Shown piece after piece: positions 19,355 to 27,196 of a stretch of DNA of 64,000 nucleotides (the stretch's first letter is position 1; each line of letters opens with the position of its first letter). Both the position numbers and the translations under genes were made by a program. Location: positions 13,999 to 77,998 of the IMG/VR virus record IMGVR_UViG_3300035490_000323; one strand, written 5' to 3'. This DNA is from a virus. The notes beneath the pieces were generated by a model. The model had not been told where the DNA came from and did not search any database. It saw nothing but the letters and a program-made list of their open reading frames with translations.

Positions 19355-20098
19355 CTATTTGCTTATCACGAACATCCCCTGCCCGTACGTGCTCGTGCCG
19401 CCAGAGTTGTTCCTAATATAGGTCTGGATTTGCCCGACCTCGCTGGCCAAGGACTGCGCGTAGCACAGCCCGCTCGGGGTATCCTTCCCACCTATGCCGC
19501 TCTCGTTGGGCAGGGCGGTGAACAGGCTCGTAAGGCCGCCGAAGGACGACGGGGTCCACGAGGGGTTGCTAAACCCGCCGTTGAAGTACCATTCCGTGGT
19601 GATTATGTAGTATGCGGGGCTCGGGTAGCTGACGTTCGCCCAGTACAGCGTCCCGTAGGCATAGGCGGCCAGGGTGGGGAAGGCTGCCGGGGTCCAGCTA
19701 TAGACGGCCGACGTCCCCTGAATCTCAATCACCGCGCCCACGTTCCAACCGTACCCGCCGACGTTATAGGGGTAGGGCCAGGCCGCGGACGGGAACACCC
19801 ATGCCTTGCCGTCGCCCGCCTGCACTATCCTGGTGCCGAGGTTGCACCCGGTGCTGGCCCCCGTGCCGTACGAGGGGGTCGAGGCCGTTACCGTCACGCC
19901 GCTGGGGAGCGGCGTCGTCGTCAGGGCAAGGCCGCTCCATATCGCTATGAAGAGGAGCGTGTCGCCCACTGTCGGGGTGCTGCCGAGGTTGACCGTGATG
20001 TTGCCGTTGAAGTTGAGAGCGCCAGCGGACTGGACCAGGACTGGCGTGGTCACATGCCTCCCGTACATCCCTGCGAGGATATGGGGCGCGTATGGCAT
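19355..20098 (-). CDS. Putative fibre-associated beta-rich protein
   Basis: Lies between two fibre genes; TP.LVQS...TPTVGDTLL pattern. Confidence 0.55.
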   Translation of the reverse strand: MPYAPHILAGMYGRHVTTPVLVQSAGALNFNGNITVNLGSTPTVGDTLLFIAIWSGLALTTTPLPSGVTVTASTPSYGTGASTGCNLGTRIVQAGDGKAWVFPSAAWPYPYNVGGYGWNVGAVIEIQGTSAVYSWTPAAFPTLAAYAYGTLYWANVSYPSPAYYIITTEWYFNGGFSNPSWTPSSFGGLTSLFTALPNESGIGGKDTPSGLCYAQSLASEVGQIQTYIRNNSGGTSTYGQGMFVISK

Positions 20099-22458
20099 TA
20101 TGTCTTGGACCAGCTCCCCGACAGCACGAACGCCGTCCAGTGGTTCGATGCATCGCAGACTATGCCGATGGCATCGCCGGCCGCCCCGGCCGAGGCGAGC
20201 GTCCCGGCAGAGGAGCCGTTCACGCCGTACAGGGCGGCGGTATTGGAGGCCGCCATCTGGATGGTCATCGCCGACGTGATTCCCGCGTAGTTGGCATAAA
20301 TCCTCTGCATCCCCGCCGTGCCCGCAGGGGCATCGAAGGTGATGGTGCCGTAGTTGTTGAAGATGTAGTAGTCCACCCCGCCAGGGTCCGCCACCGGCCC
20401 TGCCGTGCCCTGGACGAGGGTAGGGACGGCGGATATGGAGGCACCGACAGGGCCAGTATAGCCGGTATAGCCTGAATATCCCGTGTAGCCTGAATAACCT
20501 GTGTAGCCTGAGTATCCTGTGTAGGCTGTGTAGCCAGTGTAGCCAGTGAAGCCCGTGAAGTTCCCAAGGCCGGTGTATCCCGTGTAGCCTGAGTAGCCCG
20601 AATACCCTGTTATGCCTGGACCTGTGTAGCCTGTGTAGCCTGTGTAGCCTGAATAGCCTGTGTAGCCTGAGTAACCTGTGTAGCCTGTACGCCCTGTGTA
20701 GCCCGTATATCCAGAGTATCCGGTGTAAGCTCCCGGTCCTGTGTAGCCTGTGTAGCCTGTGTATCCTGAATAGCCAGAGTAACCTGTGTAGCCCGTGATA
20801 TTAGGACCAGTGTAGCCCGTGTATCCAGAGTATCCTGTAAAGTTCCCCGGCCCCGTATAGCCTGTGAACCCAGAATAGCCCGTGTAGCCTGAGTATCCGC
20901 TGTAGCCTGTATCACCCGTATAGCCGGTAGAGCCCATCCCCCCGACCATGAACAGCCCGAAGTGCCCGTCATAGACCGTGAAGACCGCGTCTGCGGTGCT
21001 GCTGGTGACCCGTAGGTCAAAGACGTCCCCGAGGCTGGCGTTGATGATATCGGCCATGGCGGCGGCCTTGTACTCGCCGCTGCCCAGGCCGCTTACCACC
21101 GCCTCGTCACCGGCAATCTCCAGGCTGTTCTGGAAGAAGGCGATACGGAAGTCCGCTCCCAGGTCCCCTATGGTCGAGAGGACGGCGAAGAGCTTGTAGC
21201 TCCCCGGCTGGAGGACGGTAAGGCTGCTCCCGTCTACGCCGACACCCACCCTGTCGATGGTGCCTATCGTCCAGATGCCGCTTATCTGATAGAACTGGTT
21301 GGCATTGACGACTGTGGTCCCGGAGACGTTGGACTGGGTGTAAAGCTCCCCGAAAGCGCTGCCGGGCTGGAACCCCGTATACCCCGTGGACCCAGTGAAG
21401 TTGCCTGGGCCAGTATAGCCGGTGTAGCCTGAGTATCCAGTGTAGCCTGAGTATCCGCTGTATCCTGAGTAGCCCGTATAGCCGCTGTCGCCTGTAAACC
21501 CCGTGTATCCCGAGTAGCCTGTGAACCCGGTGAAGTTCCCCGGCCCGGTGTAGCCCGTGTAGCCTGTTATGCTGGGCCCAGTATAGCCTGTGTATCCAGA
21601 GTAGCCTGTGGCTCCTGTAGATGCCGCCTGGCCCGCAGGGCCGGTATCCCCGGAGTACCCCGTGTACCCGCTGTAGCCCGTGAACGCTCCGGGCCCGGTG
21701 TAGCCTGTATCCCCGTAGCCTGTGTATCCAGTGTAGCCAGTATCACCAGTGTAGCCAGTGTAGCCGCTATAGCCGGTAATGTTCGGGCCTGTATAGCCCG
21801 TGAAGCCCGTGAAGTTCCCCGGTCCAGTGTAGCCGGTGTAGCCCGAGTATCCAGTGTAGCCAGAATAGCCGCTGGGCCCGGTAAAGTTCCCCGGTCCAGT
21901 GTATCCCGTGTAGCCGCTGAAGCCCGTAAAGTTCCCTGGCCCGGTAGGGCCGGTATGCCCCGTGTAGCCTGAATACCCCGTGTATCCAGAATAGCCCGTG
22001 AACCCGGAATAGCCCGTAAAGTTGCCGGGACCGGTATCACCAGTGTAGCCCGTGTATCCCGTATATCCAGAGTAGCCGGAATAGCCCGTGTATCCCGAAT
22101 ACCCTGTGAAGTTCCCTAGCCCCGTGTATCCAGTGTAGCCCGTGATGTTCGGGCCGGTGTAGCCCGTGAACCCTGTGCCCCCCGTGTAGCCCGTGAAGCC
22201 CAGCCCGGTGTATCCCGAGTACCCCGTGGCCCCCATTATCCCCTGGGACAGGAAGCCCCACCAGGGGGAGTTCACCTGCGGGACGTTGCCGGTGTTGCCC
22301 GGCTTCAGGGATATCCAGGAGTTGCCGTTCCAGGTGGCCACATGGTACTGCGGGTAGGTCTTGCTGGCGTTCCAGGGCGTGATGAAGGTCACCACCACCC
22401 CGCTGCTGCTCACGGTCGTCACGGAGGGGATAGACGGGTTGATTATGCCCTGTGCCAT
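20098..22458 (-). CDS. Collagen-like GYT-repeat fibre with N-terminal CBM5/12-like module and internal C1q/BclA-like domain
   Basis: WNASKTY...V.WNGNSW.S...GNVP...WW; two long G-X-Y tracts flanking SAFGELY...PGSYKL...GDVFDLRV. Confidence 0.75.
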   Translation of the reverse strand: MAQGIINPSIPSVTTVSSSGVVVTFITPWNASKTYPQYHVATWNGNSWISLKPGNTGNVPQVNSPWWGFLSQGIMGATGYSGYTGLGFTGYTGGTGFTGYTGPNITGYTGYTGLGNFTGYSGYTGYSGYSGYTGYTGYTGDTGPGNFTGYSGFTGYSGYTGYSGYTGHTGPTGPGNFTGFSGYTGYTGPGNFTGPSGYSGYTGYSGYTGYTGPGNFTGFTGYTGPNITGYSGYTGYTGDTGYTGYTGYGDTGYTGPGAFTGYSGYTGYSGDTGPAGQAASTGATGYSGYTGYTGPSITGYTGYTGPGNFTGFTGYSGYTGFTGDSGYTGYSGYSGYSGYTGYSGYTGYTGPGNFTGSTGYTGFQPGSAFGELYTQSNVSGTTVVNANQFYQISGIWTIGTIDRVGVGVDGSSLTVLQPGSYKLFAVLSTIGDLGADFRIAFFQNSLEIAGDEAVVSGLGSGEYKAAAMADIINASLGDVFDLRVTSSTADAVFTVYDGHFGLFMVGGMGSTGYTGDTGYSGYSGYTGYSGFTGYTGPGNFTGYSGYTGYTGPNITGYTGYSGYSGYTGYTGYTGPGAYTGYSGYTGYTGRTGYTGYSGYTGYSGYTGYTGYTGPGITGYSGYSGYTGYTGLGNFTGFTGYTGYTAYTGYSGYTGYSGYTGYSGYTGYTGPVGASISAVPTLVQGTAGPVADPGGVDYYIFNNYGTITFDAPAGTAGMQRIYANYAGITSAMTIQMAASNTAALYGVNGSSAGTLASAGAAGDAIGIVCDASNHWTAFVLSGSWSKT

Positions 22459-22459
22459 G

Positions 22460-23059
22460 CTACCTCAGCCTCGGCGGCCAGTGTACCCTCCTGCTCTTGC
22501 GCTCTGCCAGCAACGGGTAGTCCCTCTCCGCCAGGTAGTCGCGGGTCACGTTGGCGGGGTTGGGGGTGGTCTCGTGCTGCTCGAAGGGCTGGGCCGTGTC
22601 GTCGATGTTCTTCTGGTTCTCCTGGTTGGCAAGGTCCTCGGTGCCGTGCCATACCTCGCCGACCTCGCCGGAGATGTCGTAGCCGTAGGCGACCTTCCCC
22701 TGCCGCAGGGCGGCGAGGATGCCGCTAATCTTGAGGGCCGCATAGTACTGGCACTGCACCGCCATGGCATGGCTGCCGGACAGGGCGTACTCGTCGGCGT
22801 TGCCGAGGTCCCACTTGGCGTAGCGTGCCTCGGCGATGAGCCTGCGGGCATTGCGCGGGAGGGCCTGAAGGGTGCCCCGGTACAGCTCCCTCAGCTTGTG
22901 GCGGGCGGACTCGTATACCTCCCTATGCTCCTCGGGGGCCTTGCCGGTACCGATGTTCTTCCTGAAGTCCACTATCCCCAGGACGGTCTGGCACAGGGCA
23001 CCGAGGTCCCCCTGGCGGGCCGGGGAGACGGACTTCTTGCGCAGGAGCGGGCTCCGCAT
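22460..23059 (-). CDS. Hypothetical protein, possibly virion-internal
   Basis: Starts MRSPLLRKKS, similar to the FRSALLRKKA linker in the 2144-aa protein. Confidence 0.6.
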   Translation of the reverse strand: MRSPLLRKKSVSPARQGDLGALCQTVLGIVDFRKNIGTGKAPEEHREVYESARHKLRELYRGTLQALPRNARRLIAEARYAKWDLGNADEYALSGSHAMAVQCQYYAALKISGILAALRQGKVAYGYDISGEVGEVWHGTEDLANQENQKNIDDTAQPFEQHETTPNPANVTRDYLAERDYPLLAERKSRRVHWPPRLR

Positions 23060-23097
23060 AGTTCCCTCTAGCTAGGGAACGGATAGACGGAAACTCG

Positions 23098-23367
23098 CTA
23101 GACTGTCCTGGGGCTCAGCTCGGGGAGGGGTATGTCCTGGATGGGGACGCCCATGGCGTCCGTGGTAGTGGAGGTTATGTCTATGACAGTAGGCCGGGGG
23201 GAGAGGCGGACGACGAGGGCCTGGCGCGAGGGGTCGAGGTGCATGAGCACGCGGCTGCCCTGGGGGATGCTGAGGACCTCCGCCTGGGGCACCAGAAGCT
23301 CCCAGTCGCCCCCAGGGAGGCGGGTGCCGTGCCTCCTGACTATGGCCGCGATGGCCGCTGCGTTCAT
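23098..23367 (-). CDS. Hypothetical protein
   Basis: MNAAAIAAIVRRHG...; overlaps the upstream stop. Confidence 0.5.
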   Translation of the reverse strand: MNAAAIAAIVRRHGTRLPGGDWELLVPQAEVLSIPQGSRVLMHLDPSRQALVVRLSPRPTVIDITSTTTDAMGVPIQDIPLPELSPRTV

Positions 23368-24104
23368 AGCTCTGCCACGACAGGGGGGTACGGCTGCTGC
23401 CTCCACCTCTCGTGCGGGTATCCGTACGGGTTGCAGAGCAGCCTGGCCTCCCCTACCCTCAGGTCGGCTGGCGTGTGGGTATGCCCGAACACCCAGAGCC
23501 TCGGCTGCCTCTCCCTGATAAGCCACCCCATGTCGGAGACGAAGAAGCGGTTGAGCTTGTCCCCCCTGTACTGGGGGGCTATGGCCTCCGTGGCGGGGAT
23601 ATGGTGGGAGAGCACCACGGTGCTGTCCCTGACAAGCCTGACGGCCTGGCTGACGAACTCACGGTTCTCCTGGTACACCCAGTCCCGGAACCCCCTGATG
23701 AGGCCGAAGTCGTTGAGCTGGCGGGAGTACTTCTCGTTGTCGGGGTCGTCAGGGAACCAGAGGGGGCCGCCGAAGAACTCCACCCCGTCTATCTCCTCGG
23801 CGCTGTTCCTGAGCCAGTGGAAGTTGCCGGGCATATTGGCTGCCAGGGTATCCTCCGTCTGCTGCCTGCCGCCCGGGCCGTTGTGGTAGTACTCGTGGTT
23901 GCCCACCGTGTAGACGACGTGCCTGGCCTTGGAGGAGAGCGCCTGGAGGACGCCCCGGACACTGGACGGGGGCTGCCCGGAGGTCACCACGTCCCCAGGC
24001 ACCAGGAGGAAGTCGAGCCCCGGCTCGAAGGCCAGGGACTCCACGAACATCACGGGGTCCGGGTAGAACTCCGTGTGGAGGTCGGATACTAGCTGTAGCC
24101 TCAC
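23364..24104 (-). CDS. Calcineurin-like metallophosphoesterase
   Basis: SDLH, GD, GNHEYY, SHH and GHTH motifs; NPYGYP. Confidence 0.9.
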   Translation of the reverse strand: MRLQLVSDLHTEFYPDPVMFVESLAFEPGLDFLLVPGDVVTSGQPPSSVRGVLQALSSKARHVVYTVGNHEYYHNGPGGRQQTEDTLAANMPGNFHWLRNSAEEIDGVEFFGGPLWFPDDPDNEKYSRQLNDFGLIRGFRDWVYQENREFVSQAVRLVRDSTVVLSHHIPATEAIAPQYRGDKLNRFFVSDMGWLIRERQPRLWVFGHTHTPADLRVGEARLLCNPYGYPHERWRQQPYPPVVAEL

Positions 24105-24331
24105 CTGCCCTCCGGGGCCTTGTAGTAGGGGGCGGGCCTCCTCCTCACCCCGCTGCGGCTGGCGATGGAGAAGACGGTATGGTACCTGAAGCCCAGCTTA
24201 CGGGCGATGCGGGCATAGCTCATGGAGGGATGGCGGAGCCACCTCAGGACCCTCTCCCCCTCGGTATACCCGCCCAGGCCGATAACCACGAAGCGCTTCC
24301 TCATCTCCCGGCCGCACTTGCAGGTCCTCAT
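24101..24331 (-). CDS. Small HTH protein
   Basis: MSYARIARKLGFRYHTV. Confidence 0.55.
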   Translation of the reverse strand: MRTCKCGREMRKRFVVIGLGGYTEGERVLRWLRHPSMSYARIARKLGFRYHTVFSIASRSGVRRRPAPYYKAPEGR

Positions 24332-24573
24332 CAGACGTTGTCCCCCGAGATGTCGCACTTGGGTGCCCCGCAGGGGCACATGACCGCAACGAACGTGCCT
24401 ATCCCCGTGGGGCAGACATGGAAGAAGTACAGGTCGCCGCACGTGCCCGGCTTGAATTTACACGTGCCGTGGCAGTCCTTCCGGCTGGCATAGCCCTCAA
24501 CCGGGGCATAGTGCTCCTTCTTCCAGGCCTCCAGCCTTTCCTTCTCGTCTGGCTCCAGCGTAAGGGTGGCCAT
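24331..24573 (-). CDS. Small Cys-rich hypothetical protein
   Basis: PTGIG...CPCG. Confidence 0.55.
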   Translation of the reverse strand: MATLTLEPDEKERLEAWKKEHYAPVEGYASRKDCHGTCKFKPGTCGDLYFFHVCPTGIGTFVAVMCPCGAPKCDISGDNV

Positions 24574-24590
24574 GCTTAGGATAATACCAG

Positions 24591-24900
24591 CCTGCGGGCC
24601 TGTAAGCCGAATTTTGTGCCCGGCCAGGGCCAGGCGACAGCCATTCGTCTAGGGCGGCCGTTGCCGGACGCCTCAAGCTCGCTACCCGAGGGTCGTGGCG
24701 GCCCGAGCAGGGCCTCCCCTCCTATTTGCGATTGCTCCCCGTAGAGATTGCCCGTTTCACACCGGACCTAACCGGCTCGTCTCTGTTGCTCTAATCGTCA
24801 CGCCCGGAGGGCATGCCGGGGCGTTACCCCGTACGGCGCTCTATGGAGTTCGGACTTTCCTCCCCCCCGTTGCCGGGGCGGCGGCTGTCCGGCCCGCAGG
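24591..24900 (-). ncRNA. rnpB: RNase P RNA (about 310 nt)
   Basis: Minus strand carries GAGGAAAGUCCG (CR-I), AGAGCAACAGA, GUGAAAC, AUGGCUGUC and ACAAAAUUCGGCUUA (CR-V); ends CCUGCGGGCC / GGCCCGCAGG form P1. Confidence 0.95.
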
Positions 24901-24923
24901 CCGGTACGCTATGGTTGGAAAAG

Positions 24924-25076
24924 CTAATATCCAGGCTTGACTACTACCGTGCCGACCGAGGGCCAGTATGCCGTGCCCGCAGGTACAGCAATGGGCCTAC
25001 CGTTCGACTCGTTCACTGCCTTGAGGACATCGCCGACAGCACAACTGGCGGCAAGGACGGGCCTATGCTTCTCCAT
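24924..25076 (-). CDS. 50-aa hypothetical protein
   Basis: AGGAGG-acc-ATG; MEKHRPVLAASC... Confidence 0.4.
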   Translation of the reverse strand: MEKHRPVLAASCAVGDVLKAVNESNGRPIAVPAGTAYWPSVGTVVVKPGY

Positions 25077-25236
25077 GGTCCTCCTGAGCTGGCAGAAGCC
25101 GCTTCTTCCACCTCCGCCAGTACCTCTTCCAGAAGCCCTTGACCTGCTCCGAGGGATACCGGCCATCGCCGTTATAGTCCCAGAGGATTCCCCTGCGCCT
25201 CCATCCCCTGCGTACCTTGCGGGCCCTCGCGTGCAT
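25063..25236 (-). CDS. 57-aa Arg/Trp-rich basic protein (not in the ORF track)
   Basis: MHARARKVRRGWRRRGILWDYNGDGRYPSEQVKGFWKRYWRRWKKRLLPAQEDHGEA. Confidence 0.4.
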   Translation of the reverse strand: MHARARKVRRGWRRRGILWDYNGDGRYPSEQVKGFWKRYWRRWKKRLLPAQEDHGEA

Positions 25237-25328
25237 GCCGTATGTGCGTGCCCGGATGGACCGAGTGGAGCCCCTTGCGGGGCCAGTACGGGTTGCCGGA
25301 GGTTGCTTCTACGGCGCACGCACAAGAG

Positions 25329-25682
25329 TGGTGGAGGCGTCGGGAGTTGAACCCGAGTCCGAAGAGTTCCACGACCAGGAGACTACACGCTTGTCCGGTT
25401 CCTTCTCGCCTTGCTCCAGGCCCCTATGGACTCCGGCAATCACAGGGCCCGTCCGCATGCCTTGTCTCGCCACGGGAGCGGCAAGCATCCCCTGGCCAGC
25501 CTCCCAATCGACGCCTGGCCCCCGCCCGAAAGGCGGAAGCGGGGCAGGCGGCCTAACCCTAAAGGTTAAGCAAACGCATACTGCATGTTGGCAGTTGCTA
25601 ATCCCATCCCTGTTACGGTCGGCATGGGGCCACCGGCGTGCCTCCTAGCTATGGGCGCTCCCGTCGATTCCGATACGCCCCC
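25329..25682 (-). ncRNA. ssrA: tmRNA, tag peptide (A)ANMQYAFA*
   Basis: 5' GGGGGCG...GAAUCGAC; 3' CUCGGGUUCAACUCCCGACGCCUCCACCA with G3:U; resume codon GCC at 25592, stop at 25568-25566. Confidence 0.95.
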
Positions 25683-25847
25683 GGAGACTGACTACTGCTG
25701 CTGCAAGCTGTAGGGCCGCCTCTAAGCCGCCACATCGCGCTGAGCCATTCTTCCATGGGCCCCTCGACTTTAGGCAGCGTGGTTGAGCAGCGGCCCCACT
25801 ACTACGAGAGGGGACGGGGGCTCGGACCCCGAATGCTTCCCCCCTGC

Positions 25848-25857
25848 TATATAATAC
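25848..25857 (-). promoter_or_regulatory. Putative -10 box GTATTATATA driving the tmRNA/RNase P unit
   Basis: Identical to the box at 28988-28997. Confidence 0.55.
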
Positions 25858-25866
25858 ACTGGAAAT

Positions 25867-25959
25867 TGGTCCCGGTGCTGGGAGTCGGACCCAGTCCATT
25901 CCCTAATCTGGGGATTCACGGTTTATAAGACCGCTCGTTCGGCCGCAAACTTCACCGGG
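25867..25959 (-). tRNA. Atypical tRNA, UAU anticodon (Ile, AUA) with long variable arm
   Basis: Acceptor CCCGGUG/CACCGGG-A-CCA; anticodon arm GCGGU-CUUAUAA-ACCGU; extra arm UCCC-CAGAUUA-GGGA; T-arm CUGGG-UCCGACU-CCCAG. Confidence 0.75.
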
Positions 25960-25965
25960 AAGGAA

Positions 25966-26042
25966 TGGCAGCGTAGACCGGGCTTGAACCGGCTATTGCC
26001 CTGGTTGAAGGCCAGGGGACTCGACTCTTCGTCTTCTACGCC
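25966..26042 (-). tRNA. tRNA-Glu(UUC), atypical D-arm, C33
   Basis: CCUGG-CCUUCAA-CCAGG; T-loop UUCAAGC; CCA encoded. Confidence 0.85.
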
Positions 26043-26205
26043 AAAAATTTAAGGCCGGATGGCATCCACGTTTGGGCCCATGCAGGCATGGCAAGGGCTG
26101 GCACCGGCCTCGGTTTGCCAGCTCCCACTACGTGGCCCGGTTAAGACCGCCGTCCCGATGCGACCACCAATCAGACCTGCGGTCAAGGTATATGGTGGCC
26201 TCGCT

Positions 26206-26280
26206 TGGAGGCGCAGGGGAGAATCGAACTCCCGCTTAAAGGTTTTGCAGACCTCTCCCTTCCCACTTGGGTACTGCGCC
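26206..26280 (-). tRNA. tRNA-Cys(GCA)
   Basis: Cloverleaf, loop CUGCAAA, U73, CCA. Confidence 0.95.
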
Positions 26281-26286
26281 GAATCC

Positions 26287-26361
26287 TGGAGGCCCGAGAG
26301 GGAATCGAACCCTCGCGTAGCGGTTTTGCAGACCGCCGCCTTGCCACTTGGCTACCGGGCC
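26287..26361 (-). tRNA. tRNA-Cys(GCA)
   Basis: Cloverleaf, loop CUGCAAA, U73, CCA. Confidence 0.95.
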
Positions 26362-26666
26362 AATACCTTCCTGGACCCGCCCTGCTCCCGCTCGAAGCCG
26401 TGCTCCCAGAGCCGGTGCGAGTCCTCCCCGAGCATCTCGGGGGTATAGTCGTTGTCGAAGAACCAGCGGACCAGGTGCGTCCTCGGGTACCGCTTGAACA
26501 GCTCCTCGAAGCACTCGAAGGTCAGGCGGTCCAGGAACTCCTCCGGCACGTAGCAGTGCTCCTTGTCCCAGGCCTTCCCAATCTCCTTCGTCCACCAGTC
26601 CCAGTTGAGCTTCCCGCGCAGGTACCGCATGAGAAGCTCGGGCTCCCGGCAGCCCTCCTCGGGCAT
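26352..26666 (-). CDS. Hypothetical protein inside the tRNA array (true start may be further upstream)
   Basis: 104-aa ORF; the frame stays open upstream past 26800. Confidence 0.5.
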   Translation of the reverse strand: MPEEGCREPELLMRYLRGKLNWDWWTKEIGKAWDKEHCYVPEEFLDRLTFECFEELFKRYPRTHLVRWFFDNDYTPEMLGEDSHRLWEHGFEREQGGSRKVLAR

Positions 26667-26855
26667 CCTCCCGTGGGTCTCGCAGCTAAAGCAGCACTCG
26701 CCGCCGCTGAGCCCGCCCTCCCTTAGCGGGGGAGGGGTCGTGTTGGTCCGGTCCCACTGCTGGCCTGTCCATGGGGTGGAGCACCTGCTCCACCTTAGGT
26801 AGCTTCCAGCAGTTCTAGGTACCTCTTGGTCAGCCTCATACGGGCCTCACGGGCT

Positions 26856-26931
26856 TGGTAGGGTAGGCGGGAATCGAACCCGCAATCTCCTGGTTGAGGG
26901 CCAGGTGACTTAACCGTTCGTCTACTACCCC
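26856..26931 (-). tRNA. tRNA-Glu(CUC), C33
   Basis: CCUGG-CCCUCAA-CCAGG; CCA. Confidence 0.9.
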
Positions 26932-26938
26932 GGAAACT

Positions 26939-27015
26939 TGGTAGCGTCGGTGGGATTTGAACCCACGGTTTGAGCCTTGAGGGGGCCCCGTCCTAGGCCG
27001 CTAGACGACGACGCC
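26939..27015 (-). tRNA. tRNA-Glu(CUC), C33
   Basis: GGGCC-CCCUCAA-GGCUC; CCA. Confidence 0.9.
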
Positions 27016-27196
27016 ACAATCCCTGCGGCAATGGGCAGCGGCCTCGCATCGGGAAGGCACCTTCCGGTGGACCAGTATGGCGTAGCCGCATGGCGGCATC
27101 CCGTTCCCTTCGCCTGCAAGTCCTTCGCATCCGCTGCCAGCTTGCAGCCTCCGCAGAGCTTGGTGGCCTCGGGGGTTTCCCCCTCCGGCCGCAGCT

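Noticed and set aside
18660-22230. Dense short DNA repeats (tgtagcc, gtatcc) as a CRISPR array
   Set aside because: Period is 9 nt and in frame, encoding GYT/GYS; there is no repeat-spacer structure and no cas gene.
25896-25918. Second anticodon arm (GAU) in the UAU tRNA
   Set aside because: Loop CAGAUUA lacks U33 and purine 37 and sits in the variable-arm position; treated as an extra arm.
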